Assembly: GCA_947460175.1 (NCBI GenBank)
Contig: CANHGW010000007.1
Coordinates: 15,302-79,301 of the forward strand
Source of the DNA: Bacteroidota bacterium
GTDB taxonomy: Bacteria; Bacteroidota; Bacteroidia; Chitinophagales; Chitinophagaceae
DNA: 64,000 nucleotides
Direction of reading: 5' to 3'
The position numbers were made by a program, and so were the translations under genes. The notes below the pieces were generated by a model that made no database searches, was not told where the DNA came from, and saw only the letters and a program-made list of their open reading frames with translations. Positions 31,997 through 41,526 of this stretch are shown here, piece after piece. How positions within the stretch are numbered: the first letter of the stretch is position 1; each line of letters opens with the position of its first letter.

Positions 31997-33781
31997 ATGC
32001 ATCATATCAAACGACTATTTGATTTATTAGATAATTATTCTACCCAATTTCCTTCTAAAAAAATGCTATATGCAAAAATCCAAGGAAGTTGGATTGGTCA
32101 TACTTCATCAGAAGTAAAAGAAAGTAGTTTGCAACTAGCTGCTTCTTTAATCAAATTGGGAATCTCTGGTAATGATATGACGCCCGATCATCAAGATAAA
32201 ATCAGTATCATTTCAGCCAATCGACCAGAGTGGGTAATTACCGATTTTGCTGTACAACAAACAGGTGCAGTATTGGTTCCTATTTACCCGTCTATCAGCA
32301 ATATTGAACTTGCATATATTCTCAACGAAGCTCAAATCTCAATTCTATTTATTTCTGACAAACATATATATAAAAAAGTAGCTCAAATTAAAGATCAGCT
32401 TCCATTTCTTAGGCACATATATAGTTACGATGAAATAGAAGGTGTTGACCATTGGACTACATTATTATCACAACCTAGTTTAGAAAGTTTACAACATATA
32501 GAAACAATCAAAGCAAGTATTGCACCCGAACATCTTGCTACAATCATATATACTTCAGGCACTACAGGCAATCCCAAGGGGGTTATGTTATCTCATTACA
32601 ATATTGCAAGCAATGTGATTAGCAGTATGGATGCATTTAACTTTTGTAATAGCGAAGAGTGTACGCTAAGTTTTTTACCATTGAATCACATATTCGAACG
32701 CACCGTTTTGTATATTTATTTGTGTAAAGGGGTTGCTGTCTATTTTGCGGAAGGAATGGAAACAATCGGAAACGACCTCAAAGAAGTCAAACCAGTTGTA
32801 TTTACTACCGTGCCAAGATTACTCGAAAAGGTTTATGAGAAAATTGATGCAAAAGGAAGTCAGCTAGAAGGTTTCAAACGAAAAATATTTGACTGGGCTG
32901 TTAATATAGCATTGCAGTATGATATCAATAAACCAAAATCAATTTTCTACTCGATTCAGTTATCAATTGCAGACCGTTTAGTTTACTCCAAATGGAGAGA
33001 AGCTGTAGGAGGTAAAATCAAAGCTATTGTAACTGGCTCTGCAGCTTGTCAAGTAAAATTATTACGACTTTTCACGGCTGCAAAAATCATTGTTATGGAA
33101 GGTTATGGCCTTACTGAAACATCACCAGTCATTAGTGTAAACCGATTTGAAGAAGCAAATCGAAAATTCGGCACCGTGGGAACTATCTTAAATGATGTGG
33201 AAGTGAAAATAGGATACGATGGTGAAATCATTTGCAAAGGTCCCAATGTAATGATGGGTTACTATAAACATCAAGACCAAACTGATGAAGTACTCAAAGA
33301 CGGATGGTTTCATACAGGAGATATAGGTGAAATAGTAGATGGTAAATTTTTAAAAATTACTGATCGAAAAAAAGAAATATTTAAGCTCTCTGCTGGAAAA
33401 TATATTGCACCACTAGCAATTGAAAACAAAATGAAAGAATCTCCTTTTATCGAACAGATCATGGTAGTTGGTAGTAACGAAAAGTTTGCCGGAGCGCTCA
33501 TAGTTCCTGCGATCGACAAAATCAAAGATTATTTTCAACGCATGAGTGTAAATATTGATGCTGGTATTGATATTACTACAGATAAAGATATACTCAAACT
33601 AATACGCAGTGAGTTAGATAAATTCAACAAACTATTTTCTGCACATGAACACGTGAAAAAATTTCAATTGATCCCGAACGAATGGACGATAGATGGAGGC
33701 GAATTAACCCCCACCTTAAAGCTCAAGCGAAAAAAAATCATGGAGAAATATGGGCATTTGGTCGAAAAAATATATGCTTAA
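31997..33781 (+). CDS. long-chain fatty acid-CoA ligase (AMP-forming)
   Basis: AMP-binding motif IIYTSGTTGNPKGVMLSH, plus GYGLTETSP and HTGDIG. Confidence 0.85.
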   Translation: MHHIKRLFDLLDNYSTQFPSKKMLYAKIQGSWIGHTSSEVKESSLQLAASLIKLGISGNDMTPDHQDKISIISANRPEWVITDFAVQQTGAVLVPIYPSISNIELAYILNEAQISILFISDKHIYKKVAQIKDQLPFLRHIYSYDEIEGVDHWTTLLSQPSLESLQHIETIKASIAPEHLATIIYTSGTTGNPKGVMLSHYNIASNVISSMDAFNFCNSEECTLSFLPLNHIFERTVLYIYLCKGVAVYFAEGMETIGNDLKEVKPVVFTTVPRLLEKVYEKIDAKGSQLEGFKRKIFDWAVNIALQYDINKPKSIFYSIQLSIADRLVYSKWREAVGGKIKAIVTGSAACQVKLLRLFTAAKIIVMEGYGLTETSPVISVNRFEEANRKFGTVGTILNDVEVKIGYDGEIICKGPNVMMGYYKHQDQTDEVLKDGWFHTGDIGEIVDGKFLKITDRKKEIFKLSAGKYIAPLAIENKMKESPFIEQIMVVGSNEKFAGALIVPAIDKIKDYFQRMSVNIDAGIDITTDKDILKLIRSELDKFNKLFSAHEHVKKFQLIPNEWTIDGGELTPTLKLKRKKIMEKYGHLVEKIYA

Positions 33782-33855
33782 TAAAATTAATCACACATCT
33801 TTGAGCTAAGAATTTAAGAGCGTACTTTTTCTTTTATTTTTATATACAAGCTGTT

Positions 33856-33927
33856 GGTCCCATAGTTTAATGGATAAAACGGAAGTTTCCTAAACTTTTG
33901 ATCCAAGTTCGATTCTTGGTGGGACTA
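33856..33927 (+). tRNA. tRNA-Arg (anticodon CCT)
   Basis: Hand-folded cloverleaf. Acceptor GGTCCCA/TGGGACT, D arm GTTT-AATGGATA-AAAC, anticodon stem GAAGT/ACTTT with loop TTCCTAA, and T arm CCAAG-TTCGATT-CTTGG. CCA is not encoded. Confidence 0.85.
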
Positions 33928-34046
33928 CATTTACAAGTATTTATTTTTTCTGTTACATATTCTTCAGATTCTAATGCACTAAATTTCAAGCATATATATT
34001 CGTATACCTTCATAGGAATAAGTATATTTACCGACATTTTTTTGGA

Positions 34047-36143
34047 ATGGATAAAAATATTTTATTACGCGCATACAGACTCATGATGACTGCCAAAGCA
34101 ATGGCTGAAATATATGAAGAAAACAGACCTATATGCAAATATGTACATAGCACATCGCGTGGACACGAAGCCATCCAATTGGCAACTGGTCTTCAACTAA
34201 AACCAAGTGATTATATAAGTCCCTATTACCGTGACGAAAGCATTATGTTAGGCATGGGTTGGCGACCATATGAAATGATGTTGCAATTATTAGCCAAAGG
34301 CGACGACCCATTTACAGGTGGCAGAGAATATTACAATCACCCTAATTCTCGAAGAGAAAATTACCCTAAAATAATCCATCAAAGTAGCGCTACAGGCATG
34401 CAGGCAGTACCTACAACGGGTATTGCACAAGGATTTCAGTATATCGAAAAACTATTAAGCAAAACGTCTGAAACTGCATTAAGCGAAGATGAAAAAGATA
34501 GTTTTCAAGCTATCGTAAAAGACAAGCCCGTTGTAGTTTGTTGCTTCGGTGATGGAAGTATCACAGAAGGTGAAGTGAGTGAAGCATTTCAATTTGCTGC
34601 ACTTAAACAACTCCCTATTATTTATTTAGTGGAAGACAATGATTGGGGCATCAGTGTAAGTAGCGATGAAGCAAGGTCTATGAATGCATATGAATTCATA
34701 GCAGGATTCAAAGGCATCGAACGATTGCAAGTAGATGGCAGCGACTTTGAAAAAAGTTATGCATGCATGGAAAATGCCATTCATTATGTACGCGAAAATC
34801 GCAAACCTATTTTAGTGCATGCCACAGTTCCATTACTTGGCCATCATACCAGTGGTGTTCGTAAAGAATGGTATAGACCAGAAGATGATTTAACCAAACA
34901 TGCGAAAGATGATCCGGGTCCAAAATTGAGAAAAAAACTACTTGAAAAAGGAGTTTCAGCATCCGAGTTAGATACCATCGAACAAGAAGAAAAAGAATTT
35001 ATTGCAAAAGAATTTCAACTTGCAGTTGAAGCACCCGATCCAAACCCTTTAAGCGTAAGCGATTTTGTATTTGCAGAAAACCTTATCACAGAAGAAGTAG
35101 GATGCAGAACCCCTGCCCATGGCGAAAAAGTAGTGATGGTAGATGCGGCTTTACATGCCATCGAAGAGCTTATGCGTAAGCACCCTGAATGTCTTTTTTA
35201 TGGACAGGATGTTGGTCGTCGAATAGGTGGTGTATTTCGCGAAGCAGCTACCTTAGCCGAGAAATTTGGTGATGACAGAGTCTTCAATACTGCTATACAA
35301 GAAGCATACATTATAGGTAGTACCATTGGCTTGAGTGCATTGGGACTAAAGGCTTTTGTTGAAGTCCAATTTGCAGATTATATCTATCCGGGTATAAATC
35401 AATTGGTGACAGAAATTTCAAAATCAAGTTATTTAACCTGTGGTAAATTTCCCGTAAGCATGGTATTAAGAGTTCCGATAGGTGCATATGGTGGCGGAGG
35501 TCCCTATCACAGTGGAAGCATTGAAAGTTTATTAGCCAATATCAAAGGAATTAAAGTAGCCTATCCTAGCAATGCGGCCGATTTAAAAGGATTATTGAAA
35601 GCGGCCTACTATGATCCAAATCCTGTGGTAATGCTTGAGCACAAAGGACTATACTGGAGCAAAGTACCTGGCACCGATGATGCAAAAACAATAGAACCTG
35701 ATGCTGATTATATACTACCTTTTGGCAAAGGACTAAGTGTATTACAAGCCACTGATGAAGCTATTGAAAATGGCGAAAGTATGTGTATTATCACCTATGG
35801 CATGGGTGTACATTGGGCTAAAAATGCAGCTCAACAATATCCTGGTCTTGTAGAAGTGATCGATATACGAACCATTTTTCCATTGGATGAAGCATTGATT
35901 TTCTCCACTGTAAAACGCCATGGCAAATGTTTGGTATTGACAGAAGAGCAACTTCGCAATTCATTTGCAGAGGCCATGGCATGCCGTATACAGCAAGACT
36001 GCTTTTACCAATTGGATGCGCCTGTTAAAACCTTGGGTGCTTTGAATTTACCTGCTGTACCTATGAATACCATATTAGAAGCTGCTATGCTTCCTACAGT
36101 CGAAAAGGTAGAACAGGCCATTGGAGAATTACTTGCTTTTTAA
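34047..36143 (+). CDS. 2-oxoacid dehydrogenase E1 component, fused alpha/beta subunits (TPP-dependent)
   Basis: The N-terminal half has the TPP-binding GDGSITEGE...EDNDWGIS motif. The C-terminal half is transketolase-like beta (FNTAIQEAYIIG, VEVQFADYIYPG). Confidence 0.85.
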   Translation: MDKNILLRAYRLMMTAKAMAEIYEENRPICKYVHSTSRGHEAIQLATGLQLKPSDYISPYYRDESIMLGMGWRPYEMMLQLLAKGDDPFTGGREYYNHPNSRRENYPKIIHQSSATGMQAVPTTGIAQGFQYIEKLLSKTSETALSEDEKDSFQAIVKDKPVVVCCFGDGSITEGEVSEAFQFAALKQLPIIYLVEDNDWGISVSSDEARSMNAYEFIAGFKGIERLQVDGSDFEKSYACMENAIHYVRENRKPILVHATVPLLGHHTSGVRKEWYRPEDDLTKHAKDDPGPKLRKKLLEKGVSASELDTIEQEEKEFIAKEFQLAVEAPDPNPLSVSDFVFAENLITEEVGCRTPAHGEKVVMVDAALHAIEELMRKHPECLFYGQDVGRRIGGVFREAATLAEKFGDDRVFNTAIQEAYIIGSTIGLSALGLKAFVEVQFADYIYPGINQLVTEISKSSYLTCGKFPVSMVLRVPIGAYGGGGPYHSGSIESLLANIKGIKVAYPSNAADLKGLLKAAYYDPNPVVMLEHKGLYWSKVPGTDDAKTIEPDADYILPFGKGLSVLQATDEAIENGESMCIITYGMGVHWAKNAAQQYPGLVEVIDIRTIFPLDEALIFSTVKRHGKCLVLTEEQLRNSFAEAMACRIQQDCFYQLDAPVKTLGALNLPAVPMNTILEAAMLPTVEKVEQAIGELLAF

Positions 36144-36232
36144 ATGAATTAAAAATTTAAAACCAATTTTAGTTTTAAATGAAAAATATTGACAGATTAA
36201 ACAATATGTTGTAATATTGCACTCCTCTTTGA

Positions 36233-36316
36233 GCTCAGATGGCGGAATTGGTAGACGCGCTAGACTCAAAATCTTGTATTCGCAAGGATGTGCAGGTTCG
36301 ATTCCTGTTCTGAGCA
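36233..36316 (+). tRNA. tRNA-Leu (anticodon CAA), class II with long variable arm
   Basis: Acceptor GCTCAGA/TCTGAGC, D arm GCGGAATTGGTAGACGC, anticodon loop CTCAAAA and T arm GCAGG-TTCGATT-CCTGT. There is one U-U mismatch in the anticodon stem. Confidence 0.85.
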
Positions 36317-36320
36317 CTTT

Positions 36321-36351
36321 AAAAGCTTCGTTTTAAAACGGAGCTTTTTTT
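36321..36351 (+). terminator. rho-independent terminator after tRNA-Leu
   Basis: GCTTCGTT/AAACGGAGC hairpin followed by T7. Confidence 0.7.
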
Positions 36352-36459
36352 ATTTCTCCGTATTATTTTTTTATTAAATAGCCTATCATTATTATTTTAA
36401 AGCATTATTTATTTATTTGAGTGTTTTGCATTATTTTTAATGAAATATAAAAAAAATTC

Positions 36460-38151
36460 ATGCAAACACAATATGATGTAATAATTCCTGGAGGCGGACT
36501 TGCAGGTCTTACACTAGCCATACAATTACTACGAGCTAAGCCCGACATTTCAATATTAATACTCGAAAGCAGACCAAGTGTGGCAGCCACAGCAGCACAC
36601 AAAGTAGGCGAATCAACCGTAGAATTGGCGACGCATTACATGCGCGAAGTTCTTGATCTCAAAGGTTACTTGGAAGAACACGAGTTGCCCAAACATGGTC
36701 TTCGATTCTTTTTCAAAACGCATAATAAAGAAGTCATTGCAGATCGAGTAGAACTAGGACCACGTATCAAATTACCGGTACCAAGTCATCAATTAGATAG
36801 AGGTACGCTCGAAAATCATTTAGCTAAAGTTGCATCAGAAATGGGTGCTACCTTATTACTTGGCGCCAAAGCAAAGGAAGTCAACTTTTCACCAGAAGGA
36901 CATGAAGTAATCTATATCAAAGATGAACAAGAAGTAACAGTAACTGCACGATGGGTAGCCGATGCAACGGGAAGAGGTAGCTTACTCAAACGCAAATTGA
37001 AATTCCAAAAACCAATGGATCATGCCGTGAATGCAGTATGGTGGAGAGTAAAAGGCGTGGTTGATGTTGATGATTGGAGCGACAATATGGAATGGCGAAA
37101 TCAATTAGAACCTAAATTACGTTATTTAAGTACAGTCCATTTCATGGATAAAGGCTATTGGGTATGGATTATTCCATTGGGTAGTAAAAATACAAGTATC
37201 GGCATCGTAGCAGACCCTGCAGTGCATCCATTTGATGAAATCAATAAATATGATAAAGCATTGAATTGGCTTGAGAAAAACGAACCATTGTGCTTCGAAC
37301 AATTGAAGCCTTTTGGCGAAGGTGATGGGCTACTTGACTTTAGAGTATTAAAACACTTTGCTCATGACTCAGGTCAATTGTATTCGGCTGATCGATGGGG
37401 TGTAGTGGGAGAATCAGGTGCATTTTTGGATCCATTGTATTCACCAGGTTCCGATTTAATATCACTTGCCAACACTTGGTTGTCCGATTTAATATTGCGC
37501 GATTTGGATGGCGAAGATATTGGATTCCGTACCAAGATTTACGAGCAGGTTCATTTATCACATGTTCACAACTGGATACCTATCTATCAAAACAAGTATT
37601 TGTTGATGGGTAATACGCAAATCATGGTGATGAAAATATTCTGGGATTGGGCTATCTATTGGTCTATCCCATGTTTACTATTTACCAATAAAGCATTTAC
37701 CGACCTTATGCTACTCAAGAAACTCTTTGCATCTGAGGATAGCATTGGTCGTCGATTTGAGAAATTAAATAAAGTAATGCAAGATATGTTTTTGGACTGG
37801 CGACATTTCGAACACGAAACATTTTCGAATCACTACATCGATCCATTGGATGTATCTTATCTTAAAAAATTTCAGCAAGGACTTGACTTCCAACATGGTC
37901 CTAACTTAGTAGCCCAAATAACTGAGAATATTGAAATACTTGAAAAAGTAGCAGCCGAAATATTCAGACTTGCAAGTAATCAAGCAAAAGGCACACCACT
38001 GGATATGCGTGTAGATCCTTATGCCATTTCGTTGGCCGATGATGCTGATATGACACTACATGAAAAAGGCATGGAGCGTGATGATGCTATTGCTGAAGAT
38101 GTAGATCATATGTGGTTTTACAACAAGCAAGAAATATTTCAAACAGTATAA
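36460..38151 (+). CDS. flavin-dependent halogenase (tryptophan-halogenase-like FAD protein)
   Basis: N-terminal GxGxxG (IIPGGGLAGL) plus the WxWxIP signature (GYWVWIIPLG) that separates halogenases from monooxygenases. Confidence 0.65.
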   Translation: MQTQYDVIIPGGGLAGLTLAIQLLRAKPDISILILESRPSVAATAAHKVGESTVELATHYMREVLDLKGYLEEHELPKHGLRFFFKTHNKEVIADRVELGPRIKLPVPSHQLDRGTLENHLAKVASEMGATLLLGAKAKEVNFSPEGHEVIYIKDEQEVTVTARWVADATGRGSLLKRKLKFQKPMDHAVNAVWWRVKGVVDVDDWSDNMEWRNQLEPKLRYLSTVHFMDKGYWVWIIPLGSKNTSIGIVADPAVHPFDEINKYDKALNWLEKNEPLCFEQLKPFGEGDGLLDFRVLKHFAHDSGQLYSADRWGVVGESGAFLDPLYSPGSDLISLANTWLSDLILRDLDGEDIGFRTKIYEQVHLSHVHNWIPIYQNKYLLMGNTQIMVMKIFWDWAIYWSIPCLLFTNKAFTDLMLLKKLFASEDSIGRRFEKLNKVMQDMFLDWRHFEHETFSNHYIDPLDVSYLKKFQQGLDFQHGPNLVAQITENIEILEKVAAEIFRLASNQAKGTPLDMRVDPYAISLADDADMTLHEKGMERDDAIAEDVDHMWFYNKQEIFQTV

Positions 38152-38173
38152 GTTTAAGTAAGCGGTATAATTC

Positions 38174-38201
38174 AGGTCTTGATACGTCAAGACCTTTTTT
38201 T
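38174..38201. terminator. bidirectional rho-independent terminator
   Basis: AGGTCTTGA-tacg-TCAAGACCT hairpin flanked by an A-run and a T-run, between convergent genes. Confidence 0.8.
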
Positions 38202-38212
38202 ATTGAAAAAAA

Positions 38213-39505
38213 TCAAGTATTTAAATAAACCAGAAATCGATTGTACACATCCGACCACCCTTTCCATAATGGATCACTGCCTAATGAAAAATTATGCCAT
38301 ATTGTAATCAATGTACCATGTACATTTTTCACCTCATTGGTATAATGTACCAACTCTTCATAGGTTTGTTCTGTTGTCAATTTTTGTTCGAAAAAAGAAT
38401 TACATTCCATAAAGCAAAATGGAAATAATCGCAACGAAGTGACAGTGTTCTTTTCTAAATCAAACCAAAAATAAGGATGCGAAGTAGATGCTCTAAATCC
38501 ATTGATACTACCATATCCCATGGAGTAATCTTCCTTAATACCAAGCTTGATTAAATTTCGATAGGTTTCGGGCAATGTAAATCTTATGTAATGTTGACGA
38601 CTCAATTTCGTGCCTGCAAGTTGATCCAATTCTTCTTGCAACAGATTGATATCATCATGACTTTGCCATGAAGGATGTATACCTATCGCATGTTTCGATG
38701 TAAGTTTTTCTATCAACGTTTTCATCAAGGGATGCTCTCTATCTATATTTTTATCCATGGTGCCTCCCCTACTCAATAAGAAAAAATAAATAGGATGTAA
38801 ATTATACGTTTGATGAAGCGAATCCAAAAGTGCATAAGTATCATATGGATCATTCTCTTTTTTTCGAAGGACTCGAATTCTTTTAGTCACCAAATCCATT
38901 GCACCTTTTTGAATATCATTTACGACACCACCTAACGTACGCACCCATCCTTTTCCCAGATAGCTGTAGGCAATATCAATATCATACGTAGGTATAAATG
39001 CAAAAGACTTATCCTGAAAAACCAAAGAAGGTTGTAGATGTATTATTTGTTGTTTGAATTCTTTCAACCACAAATCCACCAAGGGAATTTTCAAAAAATC
39101 ATATTCATAGGCTAAGCTATGTGTATGCGGAAATCGTATAAATTCATCGGGCTCGTATGGAAGATATTCCTCGTATCGAGTGATGAGATAAAACACAGCA
39201 GAGAATAAATCAAACGGAATTGCCTTGTCGGAACATTGAAAAAAAATTGGCAACTTATTCCAATACGAAATGGTGATTTCTTTTTCTACTATATCTACTT
39301 CATCGAGCAATCCCATCGAATCGAAATGCAAGTCACATTGCAAGGTACGATGAGAATAATTGATTCGGAAAAAGTCTGATTGTTGAAATTCCTGTTCATC
39401 ATGTGTCAATACATAGCCGATACCTAATACCTCTTCAAATACATAATCCAATACATAGTTCAATCGACTAGATGCAAACGTACTGTATAGAATCACACTG
39501 CTCAA
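38213..39505 (-). CDS. hypothetical protein, possibly polysaccharide-deacetylase-related
   Basis: 430 aa. The YDIDIAYSY and HPSWQSHDD segments are reminiscent of NodB-type deacetylase metal sites. Weak call. Confidence 0.3.
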   Translation of the reverse strand: MSSVILYSTFASSRLNYVLDYVFEEVLGIGYVLTHDEQEFQQSDFFRINYSHRTLQCDLHFDSMGLLDEVDIVEKEITISYWNKLPIFFQCSDKAIPFDLFSAVFYLITRYEEYLPYEPDEFIRFPHTHSLAYEYDFLKIPLVDLWLKEFKQQIIHLQPSLVFQDKSFAFIPTYDIDIAYSYLGKGWVRTLGGVVNDIQKGAMDLVTKRIRVLRKKENDPYDTYALLDSLHQTYNLHPIYFFLLSRGGTMDKNIDREHPLMKTLIEKLTSKHAIGIHPSWQSHDDINLLQEELDQLAGTKLSRQHYIRFTLPETYRNLIKLGIKEDYSMGYGSINGFRASTSHPYFWFDLEKNTVTSLRLFPFCFMECNSFFEQKLTTEQTYEELVHYTNEVKNVHGTLITIWHNFSLGSDPLWKGWSDVYNRFLVYLNT

Positions 39506-39553
39506 TAAATATTTTTTTTAGTTACAATCCATGCATCCTACAAAATGAATATA

Positions 39554-40933
39554 CTAATGCTTTGATCGCTCCGCAAATAGCTGCTTAAACGATTTATGAA
39601 ATTCCAATCCATCCCGTCGCTTACCCCACGAGCCTTTAAACAATGTATTCACTACTTTGGTTTTAATTCCGGCGCCTGCTATATCCATCAGTCCTCGATG
39701 TGTTACCGCTAGTTTCCACATTTTCCAAGCGGTTTTCTCCGACAACTCCACATCATTTTTCTTTACAGCAAGTGTACGATTGTAGTGCAACATGCCATGT
39801 ATATTTATTTTCAATGGACATACTTCGGTACAATTACCACATAAGGTAGAGGCATAACTCAAATGCTTAAACTCTTCAAAATCTTTTAAGTGTGGTGTGA
39901 TTACCGAGCCAATAGGTCCACTGTAGGTAGCACCATAGGTATGACCACCAATGTTTTTATACACCGGACAAGCATTCAAGCACGAACCACATCGTATGCA
40001 ATACATACTCTCACGTACATTAGGATCCTTGAGCAAGTTCGTACGACCATTGTCAAGTAGGATGACATACATCTCCTCAGGTCCATCTACTTCTTTGCTT
40101 TTTTTAGCACCAGTAAAGATTGAATTATACACAGTTACATTTTGCCCTGTACCATAGGTAGCAAGCAAGGGCCAAAACAAATTTAAATCCTCAATCGAAG
40201 GAATCATTTTTTCAATTCCTACAATCGCCACATGTACCTTAGGGAAGGCAGTTGTAAGTCGGCCATTGCCTTCATTCTCTGTTACACATACACCACCTAC
40301 ATCGGCCAATAAAAAGTTGCCACCTGTTACACCTACACCTGCACTCGTATACATAGCTCGTAGATTTTTACGTGCTATCAAGGTTAATTCGCTGGGAGTA
40401 AGGTTGGCTTCCACACCCAATTTCTCGTGAAACAATTTGGCTACATCCTCCTTGCTTTTATGCATGGCAGGTGTTACGATATGATAAGGCGGCTCACCAT
40501 CCAATTGTTGTATATATTCACCCAAATCAGTTTCTACACTTTCGATCTGATGCTTTTCGAGAAAATCATTCAAATGAATTTCCTCCGTCACCATACTCTT
40601 ACTTTTCACCACTTGCGTAGCATTGTGTTTCTTACATATTTCTAATACAGCTTCATTGGCTTCCTTGGCATCTTGCGCCCATATCACTTTGCCTCCATTG
40701 GCTGTGAAGTTTTTTTCAAACTCTACCAAGTATTTATCCAAATTTTCGATGGTACGCCATTTGATATTTTTAGCCTTTTCGCGTGCATGACTCAAATCCG
40801 AAAACTGTTGCTTCCCCTTCACCACCACTTCATTGTATTTGCCAATATTAAACGATAACTTTCGCTTATGCTCGGCATCCATGGCTTTCACCTCGCTTTT
40901 GTTTAAAAATGTTGATTTAAGATTATGACTCAT
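39554..40933 (-). CDS. lutB: LutB/LldF-family iron-sulfur lactate-utilisation protein (LUD domain + 2x 4Fe-4S)
   Basis: Two ferredoxin-type cluster motifs (CIRCGSCLNACPVY, CGNCTEVCPLKI) follow a LUD-like domain. The ATG at 40933 is preferred over the TTG at 40993. Confidence 0.75.
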   Translation of the reverse strand: MSHNLKSTFLNKSEVKAMDAEHKRKLSFNIGKYNEVVVKGKQQFSDLSHAREKAKNIKWRTIENLDKYLVEFEKNFTANGGKVIWAQDAKEANEAVLEICKKHNATQVVKSKSMVTEEIHLNDFLEKHQIESVETDLGEYIQQLDGEPPYHIVTPAMHKSKEDVAKLFHEKLGVEANLTPSELTLIARKNLRAMYTSAGVGVTGGNFLLADVGGVCVTENEGNGRLTTAFPKVHVAIVGIEKMIPSIEDLNLFWPLLATYGTGQNVTVYNSIFTGAKKSKEVDGPEEMYVILLDNGRTNLLKDPNVRESMYCIRCGSCLNACPVYKNIGGHTYGATYSGPIGSVITPHLKDFEEFKHLSYASTLCGNCTEVCPLKINIHGMLHYNRTLAVKKNDVELSEKTAWKMWKLAVTHRGLMDIAGAGIKTKVVNTLFKGSWGKRRDGLEFHKSFKQLFAERSKH

Positions 40934-41470
40934 CGACTGGTATTTGACTACAAAAATAAGCCATAGAACATGAAAAAGAGAGAATAAATTCAACCCAACT
41001 TACGCAATAGGCTTTGACTAAGGAAAAGAATAGTGCGTTAGTTGGGGTTACCCCGATTTAGTATTTGTTATCAGATTTTGCAAAAAGCTGATTTACAAAT
41101 AATTAATCGTTTCAGTGTTTCTAATGCTGATTCTGGGTTCAAGCCTTCTCTCTATGCCATGTTGAATGCATCAATAAAGATAGAGGAGTTCAGCTATCCC
41201 GCTCTATGTTGCCACTTCGTGCTATCCGTTGCGCACGGCGCTTCCAACTATCACGACTAGTTTTCGGCGGCATGTTCATTGTGAATCGGATCAATTGTTT
41301 ACCGAAATTTACACCCATGTAAATACTCGAGAAATTCAAAAAATCAAGAGTCCATTTGATGATTTGTAAGCTTATAATATTTATTTTTGTTTAGCTATTA
41401 ACAATTTATTATAGGCTCTTTGCTCCTTATAGTGTTCATGCATTGGGAGAAAAGTAGCTCCTATAAGTAA

Positions 41471-41480
41471 GTTAGGTGCA
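41471..41480 (+). repeat. left inverted repeat of cassette-like module 1 (GTTAGGTGCA)
   Basis: Perfect 10-bp reverse complement of TGCACCTAAC at 42065-42074. It begins with a GTTRRRY-type core. Confidence 0.6.
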
Positions 41481-41526
41481 ATGTCGCCAAAACCTCAAGA
41501 ATAGAAAATATTGAACGAAATTTGAT

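Noticed and set aside
33898-34086. 62-aa + strand ORF.
   Set aside because: It starts inside tRNA-Arg and runs through the AT-rich promoter region of the E1 gene. It has no coding character.
36129-36317. 62-aa minus-strand ORF (MLRTGIEPAHP...).
   Set aside because: It is the reverse complement of tRNA-Leu, a classic spurious ORF.
41126-41142. GCTGATTCTGGGTTCAA resembles the conserved 5' end of tmRNA (GGGGCTGATTCTGGATTCGA).
   Set aside because: There is no GGGG start, no tRNA-like T-arm or acceptor 3' end downstream, and no ANDxxYALAA-type tag reading frame. I treat it as a chance similarity or relic.
41042-41260. 72-aa ORF in the array leader.
   Set aside because: The composition is not protein-like, no family resemblance is evident, and the ORF spans a region better explained as non-coding.
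41471-41478. GTTAGGTG resembles the start of the M-box (Mg2+) riboswitch, and a P-type ATPase is nearby.
   Set aside because: None of the remaining M-box conserved helices or sequences follow. The site is better explained as a cassette boundary repeat.
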